Shown piece by piece: positions 1-9,688 of a DNA stretch of 64,000 nucleotides. The notes under the pieces are model-generated. The model ran no database searches. It saw only the letters and a list, made by a program, of their open reading frames with translations, and had not been told where the DNA came from. The stretch's first letter is position 1. Every line of letters begins with the position of its first letter. The position numbers were made by a program, and so were the translations under genes. The stretch comes from a virus (Duplodnaviria; Caudoviricetes), in IMG/VR virus record IMGVR_UViG_2931736537_000001, positions 64,001-128,000 of that record; one strand, 5' to 3'.

Positions 1-453
1 CCCGGCGCGCACCCCGTTCTTCCCGGAGTCCAGCCCTTCGACGAGCAGGGCGTCGAAGGCGCGCTCGAGACGGCGCCCGGCGCCTCCCTCATCGCCGCGA
101 CCCGGCAGTTCGACGCCGTCCTCGTCCCGCACCGCATCGGGATGGCGACCATGGCGTGGCTCGACCGCAGCCACCCCGTGCCCTGCCTGGTGACGGACTC
201 GAACGTCGCGGCCCTGCTGGTGCTGCCGGCCACCGGCCGGTACGCGGCCGTCCACGCGTGCGTCGAGGTTCGCACCGGAGAGGACGGCTGGATCGCCCTG
301 CCGCCCAGCCACGGCACGCGGTGGGACACCCCGCCCTGGCTGGAGGCCACCCGTACGCCGCGCGAGCTGCTCAACGGCCAAGAGGTCGGCCGATACCTGC
401 GCGAGGTCATCAGGATGTCGACGGTCATCCGGTCCCGAGGGGCCCGGCGGTGA
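1..453 (+). CDS. Bifunctional DNA primase/polymerase (Prim-Pol)-like protein, 5' partial
   Basis: Frame open from base 1 (PGAHPV...ASLIAATRQFDAVLVP...GWIALPPS...W), resembling actinobacterial Prim-Pol N-terminal domains. Confidence 0.55.
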   Translation, partial: PGAHPVLPGVQPFDEQGVEGALETAPGASLIAATRQFDAVLVPHRIGMATMAWLDRSHPVPCLVTDSNVAALLVLPATGRYAAVHACVEVRTGEDGWIALPPSHGTRWDTPPWLEATRTPRELLNGQEVGRYLREVIRMSTVIRSRGARR

Positions 454-797
454 CCGCCGCGGCGTCGAAGTCAGCCGCGCCGATAGACGTGCAGACCATC
501 CGCGCCACATACGACAGGCTGCTGTGGGGGGCCGACATCTCCGGCGGCGAGTTGGAGATCCTCGCCGGCCGGGTGCGCGGCCACGTCGGCCTGCTGGTGC
601 ACGAGGTGGCCACACTGGTGCCGCGGTTGCGCGGCCACCAGCAGTTCGTCGCTCGATGGGTCCTCGTGCGAAGCCGGCGCATGCTCCGTACGTCCCGCGG
701 CAACGACTGCCCCGAGCAGTTGCGGGACCTGGCGACACAGTGCCGCGCCCTCCTCGTCCTCCACGAGAATCCCGGCGTCCTTCATCCGCCGTCCTGA
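450..797 (+). CDS. DUF6415-like protein
   Basis: GTG overlaps the upstream TGA; PIDVQTIRAT...RVRGHVGLLVHEV...LATQCRALL pattern. Confidence 0.6.
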   Translation: MTAAASKSAAPIDVQTIRATYDRLLWGADISGGELEILAGRVRGHVGLLVHEVATLVPRLRGHQQFVARWVLVRSRRMLRTSRGNDCPEQLRDLATQCRALLVLHENPGVLHPPS

Positions 798-846
798 ACT
801 TCCGTCCCGCCCGGGCCTCTGCGGTCTGCGGCGGGACGGGGTGTGT

Positions 847-1296
847 TCAGTTACCCACGAGGGAGGCGAGCGCGGCAGGGTCCGCCGCACGTGTGGAGAG
901 GTATCCGCCGTGCTCGTCGTAGCCGATGAACCCGCCCTGGAACAGACGCGTGTGCGAGGCGATGTACTCGTCGAGGTCCATGTCGTCACGGGACCTGACG
1001 CCGGCGTTCTCCTCGGCGGTGGTGATCATCGCCGCCAGGTAGCGTGCGTCGTGGCCGGTGATGCGTCCCTCGGCGATGGCGCACATGCTTGCGATGGCGT
1101 CGAGCGCCACGAGGTCGCCGGTCTCCTCCATGCGGATTCGCATCGTCGGAGGGTACGTTCGCCCTTCGATCACTTCTGCGCAGTCCCGGTGCACGAGGGG
1201 GTACAGGGGCACTGACATGGCCGGCGCGTCCCGCCAGCTGCGGTCCTTGGGCCTCTTGCCCTTCGCCGCTCGTCGAGCCTGACTCTTCCGTCCCAT
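847..1296 (-). CDS. Hypothetical protein
   Basis: 149-aa ORF with protein-like composition. Confidence 0.55.
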   Translation of the reverse strand: MGRKSQARRAAKGKRPKDRSWRDAPAMSVPLYPLVHRDCAEVIEGRTYPPTMRIRMEETGDLVALDAIASMCAIAEGRITGHDARYLAAMITTAEENAGVRSRDDMDLDEYIASHTRLFQGGFIGYDEHGGYLSTRAADPAALASLVGN

Positions 1297-1452
1297 GGCC
1301 GGTCAACGACTCGGAACTGCGCCCGGCGCTGGTCTGGTCCCGTACTTCACGCATTCGGTGCAGCGCGGATACCCGAGGGTGTGGGCGGCCTACGATGGCG
1401 GCCCGGGGCCGACCCCGATACGCGCGGGGCCGGGCCCGGGCCTGTGCCTGCG

Positions 1453-1842
1453 TCAGGCCGCCGCGGCGGTGCCCGTCTCGGCCGGGCCCCGGTCGACGCC
1501 CTCGGGGGCCACCAGCCGCTCCAGGAAGGCGCCGATCAGTTCGACCGGCACCTCACCGGTGAAGGTGGCGGTCCAGGAGCGCGGCTTGGCCGGTACCGCG
1601 AGGAACTCCTGGTCGTGGCCGGGCGCGAAGGTGACCGCCTGGACCTTCCAGAGGACGTCGGTGCTGGCGTACTCGGCCGACTCGGGCTGGAACACCAGCC
1701 GGGCCTGCCCGCCGGGCGCCACCATCTGGCTGTTGTCCGTCGGGACGGAGTGCAGGGTCCACCCGGCCGCGGCCAGGAGGTCGAAGGCGACCTGCGGTTC
1801 GCCCTCGTCGGCCAGGAGCGCCGGGATGTTGGTCGTCGTCAT
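1453..1842 (-). CDS. DUF317 domain protein (plasmid/AICE type)
   Basis: LAAAGW...PGGQARL...WTATFTGEVPVELIGAFL pattern. Confidence 0.7.
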   Translation of the reverse strand: MTTTNIPALLADEGEPQVAFDLLAAAGWTLHSVPTDNSQMVAPGGQARLVFQPESAEYASTDVLWKVQAVTFAPGHDQEFLAVPAKPRSWTATFTGEVPVELIGAFLERLVAPEGVDRGPAETGTAAAA

Positions 1843-2173
1843 GCCGTGGAGTCCATTCCTCGGGTCGGCGGAATTTCCCGCTCGCCGCTTTCGGGTGGCC
1901 AGGAACGTAGCTCGCCGTTCCGGACCACATCAACGGCCTTCGAAAAGATCCCGGATTCGGCGCGGACGACTTTTTCCCACGCGGCTTCGCCGCCCGCGCC
2001 GGCGCCTAACACCACTGGTGGATGGCCTACGGCCGTCACCACCGACGCCTTTCCCAGGTTCATGCTTCTAACAGGTTCGTCGGCAACGGTTTCTACCCGT
2101 GGGCAGCGTCGTATTTCCACCCGCGGCCCGTTCCAGCGGGCCGCTGGAATTCCGGATCCGATCCCGAATCGAC

Positions 2174-2203
2174 TGGACTCTTTACAACGTAGCGTTGTAA
2201 AGT
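2174..2203 (+). promoter_or_regulatory. Promoter with palindromic operator TTACAACG-N3-CGTTGTA (copy 1)
   Basis: ctttacaacg-tag-cgttgtaaag, -10 TAAAGT, upstream of small gene at 2242. Confidence 0.8.
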
Positions 2204-2241
2204 CGTGGGCGTAGGGAACGCCACGACGACGGAGGACCACG

Positions 2242-2487
2242 ATGCGGCCCGAGGGCATAACCGACACCACCGCCGAGTCGCTGTTCATCGAGGAGCTGGA
2301 CGGCATCACCTACGCCACCGAGGACGAGGCGGTGTACGCCCGGTACAGCCCGGAAGACTGGGAAGCCCAGGCCAAGAGCGAGGCCGACGCCGAGAACGGA
2401 TGGCTGCGAGCGGCGGAGACCAATGACCGCTACGCCTGGGAGGACGAACAGGACCGGATGCGAGCCGCCTTCTACGGCACCATCTGA
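2242..2487 (+). CDS. Small acidic protein
   Basis: GGAGG RBS; about 21 D/E versus about 7 K/R in 81 aa. Confidence 0.75.
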   Translation: MRPEGITDTTAESLFIEELDGITYATEDEAVYARYSPEDWEAQAKSEADAENGWLRAAETNDRYAWEDEQDRMRAAFYGTI

Positions 2488-2524
2488 CATCACCAACCGG
2501 CCGAGACGGAGAAAGGGAGCCACG

Positions 2525-2668
2525 ATGCCGACTGAGACCATCGAGACGGAGCCGCGCACCTGCCGCGGCTGGACCGAGCCCTGCGGGAACCCGGTCGAGG
2601 ACGGCGACCTCTGCCCCGACTGCACCATGGGGCGCCTGGACGCGCAGTCCCCCCGGATCCCGCTCTGA
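2525..2668 (+). CDS. Small Cys-rich (Zn-ribbon-like) protein
   Basis: GGAG RBS; C-x6-C...CPDC. Confidence 0.6.
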   Translation: MPTETIETEPRTCRGWTEPCGNPVEDGDLCPDCTMGRLDAQSPRIPL

Positions 2669-2679
2669 CCCCGACCACC

Positions 2680-2703
2680 GGGCCCTGCCGAGAGGCAGGG
2701 CCC
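2680..2703. terminator. Hairpin terminator between convergent genes
   Basis: gggccctgcc-GAGA-ggcagggccc. Confidence 0.7.
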
Positions 2704-2720
2704 TTCCGCTGTCCCGCTCG

Positions 2721-3596
2721 CTACCCGGCCGGTGGCCCCGCGGCCGCGCTCTCCTCGTCGGCCTCGACAGTGCAGAACTGCTCGAACAGCAGCGGCGTGC
2801 CCAACGCCGTGGCGGTCAGCTTGCGGTGGGCGGCCTCCAGCGTCCGTACGGCCGCAGGCAGCCCGGCCGGGGGCGCCGGCTGCCCGCCGCGCGGACGCCC
2901 GGGCGCCGTGGTCACCCACACTTCTTCCACCCGCCCGCCCTTCAGGACCTTCAGGTGCCCGGCGGTCAGCGCCTTGTGCGTCGCCTTCCAGCGGGCGAGT
3001 GCACCGCGCGAGACGGCGTCCAACGGGTACCAGGCGCCGGCGACCCGGGCACGCGGCAGCGACCGCTCCAGCTCGAGGTCGGCCAGCCGCATCGGGTGCA
3101 GCACTCCTATCCCGTGCCCCGTGCACACCGCGAGCGCGATCAGCGCGACCGAGCGTTCCCAGGTCGCCTCGAGCATCCCGGCCGGGTGGTGGCCGGTCAG
3201 CAGCCGCAGCGTGCGGTGGGCCTCGGTCGGCGTGAGCCGGTCGGCGAACTCCGCCGCCGGCGGCTGCAGCTCGAGCGGATGACCGCAGTAGCGGGAGAAG
3301 GTGTTCACCGAGCTGGTGCGCGCGGCCATGGAGTTGGTCGCGGCCGGCGCGGTCGGCCCGTGCAGGCCCGGGCGGCGCCGGGTGAGGCCGCGCTGGGCAG
3401 CGGCCAGCCACGCCAGGGCGTTCTCCTCGTCCAGGAGGTCCTCGGTGGTGACCCGGCTGGTGCCGCACTGCTGCTGCTCGGCGAGCCAGGCGATGTACTC
3501 GTCCAGGTACGTCCGGCGCAGGCGCTGGGTGGCCTCCGCGCGCAGCGTGGCCACGAACCGCTTCACGGCGGCCGTACCGCGGGCCGGGGCGTTCAC
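2721..3596 (-). CDS. Degenerate tyrosine-recombinase-fold protein
   Basis: ERSVALIALAVCTGHGIGVLHPMRLADL resembles integrase box I but lacks the catalytic Arg; no HxxR/Y box seen; GTG overlaps the stop of the HEPN gene. Confidence 0.5.
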   Translation of the reverse strand: MNAPARGTAAVKRFVATLRAEATQRLRRTYLDEYIAWLAEQQQCGTSRVTTEDLLDEENALAWLAAAQRGLTRRRPGLHGPTAPAATNSMAARTSSVNTFSRYCGHPLELQPPAAEFADRLTPTEAHRTLRLLTGHHPAGMLEATWERSVALIALAVCTGHGIGVLHPMRLADLELERSLPRARVAGAWYPLDAVSRGALARWKATHKALTAGHLKVLKGGRVEEVWVTTAPGRPRGGQPAPPAGLPAAVRTLEAAHRKLTATALGTPLLFEQFCTVEADEESAAAGPPAG

Positions 3597-4327
3597 GTGG
3601 CGCTCCGCACCATCGCGCGGTGCGCGGCCTTCACGGCGCGGGCGGTCGGTGCGACGAAGGCGTGCAGCAGTTGCAGCGCGCCGTCGCACTGGGCGCCGAC
3701 GGCCGCGAGGTCGCGGTGCCGTCGGCGGCGGGTGCCCCGACCGGAGGGGTCGACCAGGTCGAGTTCGTGGACGACCTCGTGCCGGGCGTTGAAGAACGGC
3801 TGGTGGCTCTTGAGTATCTGGTCGTCGAGGGCGGGATCGTTCTTCAGGCCGAGGGCGTTGCGGCAGCGGATGAGGTCGGCGCCCCCCTGGATGCTGGAGC
3901 CGGTTAGGTCCTGGACGTAGAGGTCGATCAGGGCCGAGCGGGGGTCGATGTCGACGACGGCCTGCTTGGTGGCCCGGGTCATGTCGCCGTTGAGCCGGTT
4001 GGCCATGAAGTGGGCGACGAAGGCGCCGTGTGCGTCGCCGGCGGTGGAGAGCAGGGTCGGCAGCGAGTCGCGCAGCAGGGTGCGCAGGCAGGCGTCGATG
4101 CCGGCCGCGGTGAAGACGATCGCGGCGCGGGCCTGGTCGCGGTGGGTCTCGGAGACGGCGCCGCGCATGTCGTCCTGGGCGGCGCGCAGTTCGTTGAGTG
4201 TGGTGAACAGTCCGGACACGGACTTGTGCGTGGCCTTCAGCCTCTCCCAGCTGCGCTGGACCTCCGTGGGGCAGCCGTGGGGCTTGTGGGGAAGGTCGCT
4301 CAGCTCGACGAGGGTCAGTTTCGACAA
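3593..4327 (-). CDS. HEPN-domain protein (putative RNase)
   Basis: TTG start with GGAGAG RBS; C-terminal R-x4-H motif (NARHEVVH); helical composition. Confidence 0.6.
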   Translation of the reverse strand: MSKLTLVELSDLPHKPHGCPTEVQRSWERLKATHKSVSGLFTTLNELRAAQDDMRGAVSETHRDQARAAIVFTAAGIDACLRTLLRDSLPTLLSTAGDAHGAFVAHFMANRLNGDMTRATKQAVVDIDPRSALIDLYVQDLTGSSIQGGADLIRCRNALGLKNDPALDDQILKSHQPFFNARHEVVHELDLVDPSGRGTRRRRHRDLAAVGAQCDGALQLLHAFVAPTARAVKAAHRAMVRSAT

Positions 4328-4643
4328 CGTCTCTCCTTGGCCGTGTCCGCGTGGTGCCCGCGGTCCTCTCGCCTCGAAGTATGCGCGGTGTCCGACCGCC
4401 GTGTCACAAAATAAGAGCAAGCAGCTAGCGATCACACCTCCCCTCGTCCAGCCAGCCCATCGTTTCGGCTCGTGTCGAACCGAGTCGTACGTGCCGGTCC
4501 GGTACGGACATTGCGAACCTCCGACCCTCCGGCCACGCGCTCCCCCACCCCTGCCAACCCATGTATCAGGGTGTTCGGCTGTTTGCTGTTATTTAGTTAC
4601 ACGAGGGTCGGACACCCGCGCGCAGCCGGTGCCCGATCCCTTC

Positions 4644-5390
4644 CTACTGCTGGGGCGGGATGACGCTCGGCTCGCCCTCGCCCGAACCGTCGCCGGCCGA
4701 CGGCGTCCTCGAGCTGGCACGCCGTGCTCGGCGCTCCTCGATCTCCCGCATCATGCGCTCCCGCTCCTCCTGCACGGCCGGACCGGTCACCTGCTTGTAC
4801 CGACGGACCAGCTCATCGAGTTGTGCGGAGATGCCGTCCAACGCCTCCTCCAGCCGCAGCGTCGGCCGCTCCTCCGCGAGGGACTCCGCCCACGTGGAGA
4901 TATCGACGGTGTACTCCGCGGGCTCCATCTCGTCGTACGGGCCCTTGGCCCGAACCGTGAACACGTAGACGCTGGGCAGTTCCGTCCCCCACCGGTCGTG
5001 ATCGTCGAACAGGTAGGTCAGGCGCCGCCCCGGCGGCAGCATCGGGATCGGACGAGTCAGTACCCGCTGGAGGATCTCGGTCGGCTCCTCGCCCCAGGTC
5101 GTCTCGAGCGGCCGGTCCGCGCTGATCCGTACGTTGCGCGCGACCGTGGTACCGATGTTCTGGATGACGAGAACCATCAACGCGTGCCCGGGCATGTAGG
5201 GCTCGATGTCCACGATGACGTATGGCTCGTTCTGCTCGCGGTGGACGCGCTCCGCCAGCTCCAGCTGCTTCTTCCCAGAACTGCGGGCGATGTTCGCTTG
5301 CCACGCACTGATGACGGCCGCGATGACGGCAACGACTGCGGTTCCGAGACCGATCCAGTCTCCGGCGTCCAGCGCCTCGAGGTGATCCAT
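4644..5390 (-). CDS. Hypothetical membrane-anchored protein
   Basis: N-terminal TM helix (WIGLGTAVVAVIAAVISAW) followed by a beta-rich domain. Confidence 0.7.
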   Translation of the reverse strand: MDHLEALDAGDWIGLGTAVVAVIAAVISAWQANIARSSGKKQLELAERVHREQNEPYVIVDIEPYMPGHALMVLVIQNIGTTVARNVRISADRPLETTWGEEPTEILQRVLTRPIPMLPPGRRLTYLFDDHDRWGTELPSVYVFTVRAKGPYDEMEPAEYTVDISTWAESLAEERPTLRLEEALDGISAQLDELVRRYKQVTGPAVQEERERMMREIEERRARRASSRTPSAGDGSGEGEPSVIPPQQ

Positions 5391-5463
5391 GCGGGCACGC
5401 TATCGGCCGGTACCGACACCGGGGCGAGCCCTCCCTACGGTGGCCGGTACGGACCGGTCGCGC

Positions 5464-6291
5464 TCAGATCGCGGTACTGCAGAACTCACGCACGCCGCGC
5501 AGTGTCGTCCTCAGTTTCTGCTGGGTTGCCTGGCTGTCGAGGCGTACGTCCAGGGCGCCGGGCAGGGGGCTGTCGGCCCGCAGTCCGGCGGGCAGGCGTG
5601 AGGCGTCGAGGCCGTCCCGGCCGGCGATGAGCGTGCCCAGCTCGAAGCGGCTCACCGCGTCGGCTCCCGCGATGTGGTGGATGCCGGCTGTCTCCAGTGA
5701 CGCCAGCTCCAGCAGGGCGGCGGCCAAGTCGCCCACGTACACGGGGCAGCGGACGTCATCGGTGAACAGGGCGCCGGCGCGGGTACCGGCGGCCAGCTGG
5801 TACACGGTCTGCTCGTGAGCGGACCGTCCGTGGCCGATGATCAGCGACGTGCGGGCGACAGCGGCGTCCGGGTGCACGGCCAGGATCCCGGTCTCGGCCG
5901 CCGCCTTCGCTGCGCCGTACGGGGTGACGGGGTCTGGAAGGCAGGACTCGTCGTAGTGCACTCGCGAGCCGGAGAAAATGGCGTCGCTGGACACGTGGAC
6001 CAGGCGGATGCCGTGCTGCGCGGCGGCCATCGCGAGCCGGATGGGGCCCTGGGCCGTGATTGCCCAGTCGGCGGCGCCGCTCGAGACGTTGATGACGACG
6101 CGTGGCCGGACCTCGGCCAGGACGGCGTCGACGAGCTCCGGGTTGCGCAGATCCAGGTGGTGCCAGGCCGCGGTGGAGGCGTCGCCCGGTTTCGTGGCGT
6201 ACGTTGCGGCTGTGGTGTGCCCGGCTTCTGTCGCCTGTCGGACGAGTTCGGAGCCGAGGAAGCCGCTGCCGCCGATGATCAGAGTGGTCAT
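5464..6291 (-). CDS. RmlD-like NAD(P)-dependent sugar reductase (extended SDR)
   Basis: GGSGFLG, HVSSDAIFSG, YGAAK, RCPVYVGDLA. Confidence 0.85.
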   Translation of the reverse strand: MTTLIIGGSGFLGSELVRQATEAGHTTAATYATKPGDASTAAWHHLDLRNPELVDAVLAEVRPRVVINVSSGAADWAITAQGPIRLAMAAAQHGIRLVHVSSDAIFSGSRVHYDESCLPDPVTPYGAAKAAAETGILAVHPDAAVARTSLIIGHGRSAHEQTVYQLAAGTRAGALFTDDVRCPVYVGDLAAALLELASLETAGIHHIAGADAVSRFELGTLIAGRDGLDASRLPAGLRADSPLPGALDVRLDSQATQQKLRTTLRGVREFCSTAI

Positions 6292-6442
6292 GGAGCGACA
6301 CGGTAGACCGCTCGGAGCCGGTGGCGATGGACCCCTCGACGGTCGCCGGGACGCCGCCGGCCCGTGGCGGCCACCGCGAAGTGCAGGTGACCGGCACGGG
6401 CCGACAGCGTTCGGTCCCGGCGGGCGGGCAGTTTCGGACCGT

Positions 6443-6898
6443 CTACGCGGGTGCCCAGACGTAGCAGATGTCCGGCTCCCGCTCGTCGTTGCGGGCGCCG
6501 TCGGTTCGGTCGGCCTCGACGAAGCCGTGCCTCTCGTAGAAGCGACGGGCCGGACGGTTCACCTGGAACGTCCACAGCGTCAGTCCGCCCGGCTGCCGCT
6601 GCTTGGCCAGGTCCATGAAGCGGTCGCCCAGCCCGCGGCCGCGCCAGGCCGGGTCCAGATAGAGCTGCTTCAGCTCACGGCCGGCGAGCACCATGACGCC
6701 CACCACGCTGCTTCCGCTGGTCGCCACCCAGGTCTCGCGGTGCGGCACGAGCACGCGTGTGAACCAGTCCCGCACCTCGGCCGCGGTGTGGGCGCAGCGC
6801 ACTGAGGGCACGGCGGCGGCGTAGGAGCGCAGCCACACGTCGGCGGCGGGCAATGCGTCGGCGCTGTCGGCGCGACGGAGAACGACCTCGTGGGGCAT
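6443..6898 (-). CDS. GNAT acetyltransferase
   Basis: LYLDPAWRGRGLG; N...ARRFYERHGF. Confidence 0.9.
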   Translation of the reverse strand: MPHEVVLRRADSADALPAADVWLRSYAAAVPSVRCAHTAAEVRDWFTRVLVPHRETWVATSGSSVVGVMVLAGRELKQLYLDPAWRGRGLGDRFMDLAKQRQPGGLTLWTFQVNRPARRFYERHGFVEADRTDGARNDEREPDICYVWAPA

Positions 6899-6938
6899 CG
6901 TGCGTCATCTCCTGCTCGGTGCGGTGGCGGGCGGGGTT

Positions 6939-8261
6939 CTACTTGCCGGGTCGTCCGAGTTGGTGGACGGTCCAGCCGGCCGCGCGCCAGGGCTCGGGGT
7001 CGAGGCTGGTGCGGCAGTCGACGAGCAGGGGCTGGGCGGGCCGGTCCGCGAGGGTCTGGGGGTTGGCCTGCTGGTACTCGGGCCACTCGGTGGCCAGGAC
7101 GACGATGTCGGCTCCGTCGAGGGACGCGGGCAGGTCGTCGGTGTAGTCGAGCTCGGGGTTGCGGACCATCGCGGTGGTCACGGCCTGCGGGTCGTGGATC
7201 GTGATGGTGGCGCCGGCCTGTTGGAGGGCCTGCGCGAGGGCGAGGGCCGGGCTTTCCCGGACGTCGTTGGTGCCGGGCTTGAAGGCTGCGCCCCATACGG
7301 TGGCCTTGCTGCCCTTGATGGGGCGGTCGCCCAGGGCGCGGGTGATGAGGCCCAGGGCGACGGTCGTGCGGTTCTCGTTGATCACCTCGGCGGCGCGCAG
7401 GAGCGTGGCGGCCTGGTCGGCGCCGAGCTGCCGGGCGCTCGCGGTGAAGGCGCGAACGTCCTTGGGGAGGCAGCCGCCGCCGTAGCCGATGCCGGGCTGC
7501 ATGCCGCCGCTGCCGATCCGCGGGTCGATGCCGAGGATCTCCACGATCTGGGAGATGTCGCCGTCGGCGGCCTCGCACATGTCGGCGACGGCGTTGATGT
7601 AGCTGATCTTCAGGCCGAGGAACGTGTTCGCGGCGCCCTTGGCCAGCTCGGCGGTCTGCGGGTCGGTGACGAAGATCGGCACTCCCGCGTCGATGATCCC
7701 GGCGTACACCGCGCGGATCGCCTTTTCGCCCTCCGCGGTGGTGACGCCGGCGATGAGGCGGTCCGGGCGCAGGGTGTCCTCGACGGCGTGGCCTTCGCGT
7801 AGGAACTCCGGGTTCCAGACGACCTCCACCGCTGCGCCGGCGGGCGCCAGGCGCTGGGCGAGGGCGGTGACCTGTCGGGTGGTGCCGACGGTGACGGTGC
7901 TCTTGCCGACGATGGTGCACGGCTGGTGGAGGTGGGGGGCGAGTTGGCGGATGGCGCCGTAGACCTGGCCAGTGTCGTAGGAGCGGCCGTCGGCGTCGAT
8001 GGGGGTGCCGACGCCGATGAAGTGCAGCTCGGCGAAGTCGGCGGCCTCGCGGATGCTGGTGGTGAAGCGCAGGCGACCGTTGGCTGTGTGGCGGGCGAGC
8101 AGCTCGGGCAGGCCGGCCTCGTAGATGGGGCATTCGCCGGCGTTGAGCCGGTCGACCTTGGCCTGGTCGACGTCCACGCCGACGACCTCGTGGCCCAGTT
8201 CGGCCATGGCCGCTGCGTGGGGGATGCCGAGGTGGCCACAGCCGATCACGGATACGCGCAT
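6939..8261 (-). CDS. ugd: UDP-glucose/GDP-mannose dehydrogenase family protein
   Basis: GCGHLG, VGTP, KSTV, NPEFLREG, GYGGGCLPKD, AFKPGTND. Confidence 0.93.
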   Translation of the reverse strand: MRVSVIGCGHLGIPHAAAMAELGHEVVGVDVDQAKVDRLNAGECPIYEAGLPELLARHTANGRLRFTTSIREAADFAELHFIGVGTPIDADGRSYDTGQVYGAIRQLAPHLHQPCTIVGKSTVTVGTTRQVTALAQRLAPAGAAVEVVWNPEFLREGHAVEDTLRPDRLIAGVTTAEGEKAIRAVYAGIIDAGVPIFVTDPQTAELAKGAANTFLGLKISYINAVADMCEAADGDISQIVEILGIDPRIGSGGMQPGIGYGGGCLPKDVRAFTASARQLGADQAATLLRAAEVINENRTTVALGLITRALGDRPIKGSKATVWGAAFKPGTNDVRESPALALAQALQQAGATITIHDPQAVTTAMVRNPELDYTDDLPASLDGADIVVLATEWPEYQQANPQTLADRPAQPLLVDCRTSLDPEPWRAAGWTVHQLGRPGK

Positions 8262-8356
8262 TGCAGAGTCCTTGTCTGGTCTGGGGGCACTCCGTGCCCG
8301 GTGTGCCCCCAGACGGTATCGGGATGTGAACTCGCCCTGGCCCGGGCGGAGTTCGC

Positions 8357-9619
8357 TCAGATGTTCACCTTGAGGAGTTCGGCCAGGTGCTGGAGGGCGG
8401 GGATCGCCTCGGAGCGGACGATGACGTCGCCCTCCCGGGCGCCCTCGATGAGGTATTCCTTGTGCACCCCGTTCTCGGTGACGCCCTCGGTGTCGAGGTA
8501 GAAGACCTTCAGGCCGCGCTCACGGGCGCGGGCCTGGACGGCGCGGCGGTCGGCGTGCAGGCCGATGACGAGCAGGGCCTTGGCGTCGTCGGGGAAGGGC
8601 ATGTACGGGGTGCGCTGGTCGTAGCGGCGCATGAACGCCTCTTGCAGCTCCGCCTTGGCGAACAGCCGGTCGAAGTTGTGGGTGGCCACCGGGCCGGTCA
8701 TCGCGCCGGCGTCGTGGAGCGCCTTCAGGACGCGGTGGGCGCTGGTCGGCTCGGCGAGGACCAGGGACCGGAACATGGAGGTCATGTCGTTGACCTTGCG
8801 GGTGGTGTCGGTCAGGACCTCCTTGACGAGGATGTCATCGGCGGGGACGAGGGTGAACTTGTATCCCTGGGTGAGGTCGTTGCCCGTGCGGGCGGTGACC
8901 CGGTAGACCTCGTGGAGCCAGTGCAGCGGCGGGATGCCGGCCTCGATGCTGGTCCCGCATCCGGCTTCCACGACGAACGGCAGGTAGTCCAGCAGGCCGG
9001 ACAGGTCGTCGGCGTAGGTCGGCGTGCCGCGCTGCTCCTTGACGCGCATGCCGCCGGCGAGGACGTCCCAGGGCAGGTTCCGGGCGGCCCGGGTGAGGGT
9101 GTAGTCCACGGAGTGGATCGTGACGTCGACCGACGTGAACCCGTCGGGGGTGTCGCGGTCGGCGCGTTCGTCCTGCGGGTGGGTGGTGTGCTCGGTGACG
9201 GTGGCGCGGAGGTCGCCGCGGCGCCAGGTGCCGGGCTCGTCGCTGGCCGGCTTCCATCGGCCCTCGGCGAGCCACTTGTCCAGCTCCTTGCGGTGGACGG
9301 CGACCTCGGCGGCCGGGGCCAGCCAGGACACGTACAGGTACAGCTCCTCGAGCACCAGGCGCTCCATGGGCTGGGTGCGGTCGAGGCCGTAGTGCAGGCG
9401 GTAGTGGACGACGCGGCGGCGTCCGGACTCGTCCTCGGTCCATCCGGACTGCTCGCGGTTGGCCGGGTCCTGGGTCCGCCGCCAGATGCCCTCCTCGATG
9501 GCCGGGCGGCGCTGGCCGCCGGCCTCCGGGGAGAAGTGCGCGTCCCACATGCTGACTTGCTCGGGGGTCAGGGAGTCGATCACGGGGTAGGGCAGGAACA
9601 CGATGGTCCTCCTGAGCAC
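8357..9619 (-). CDS. Unknown N-terminal domain plus Sir2-like Rossmann domain
   Basis: EAGCGTSIEAGIP (compare GAGxSxxxGIP), EPTSAH and THNFDRLF (compare TQNxD) motifs. Confidence 0.65.
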   Translation of the reverse strand: MLRRTIVFLPYPVIDSLTPEQVSMWDAHFSPEAGGQRRPAIEEGIWRRTQDPANREQSGWTEDESGRRRVVHYRLHYGLDRTQPMERLVLEELYLYVSWLAPAAEVAVHRKELDKWLAEGRWKPASDEPGTWRRGDLRATVTEHTTHPQDERADRDTPDGFTSVDVTIHSVDYTLTRAARNLPWDVLAGGMRVKEQRGTPTYADDLSGLLDYLPFVVEAGCGTSIEAGIPPLHWLHEVYRVTARTGNDLTQGYKFTLVPADDILVKEVLTDTTRKVNDMTSMFRSLVLAEPTSAHRVLKALHDAGAMTGPVATHNFDRLFAKAELQEAFMRRYDQRTPYMPFPDDAKALLVIGLHADRRAVQARARERGLKVFYLDTEGVTENGVHKEYLIEGAREGDVIVRSEAIPALQHLAELLKVNI

Positions 9620-9688
9620 TGGTGATTCGTGGTCACGAGCGCGCGGGGGCCGCGGTGGCCGTCTGCGGCGTTCGTGGTGGTGTCGGCG

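Noticed and set aside
1850-2170. Possible replication origin (several TTTCCC-like motifs)
   Set aside because: Irregular spacing, short motifs and no adjacent recognisable Rep gene
2721-3596. Functional prophage integrase and att site
   Set aside because: Catalytic R...HxxR...Y residues not found; no tRNA or flanking direct repeat seen
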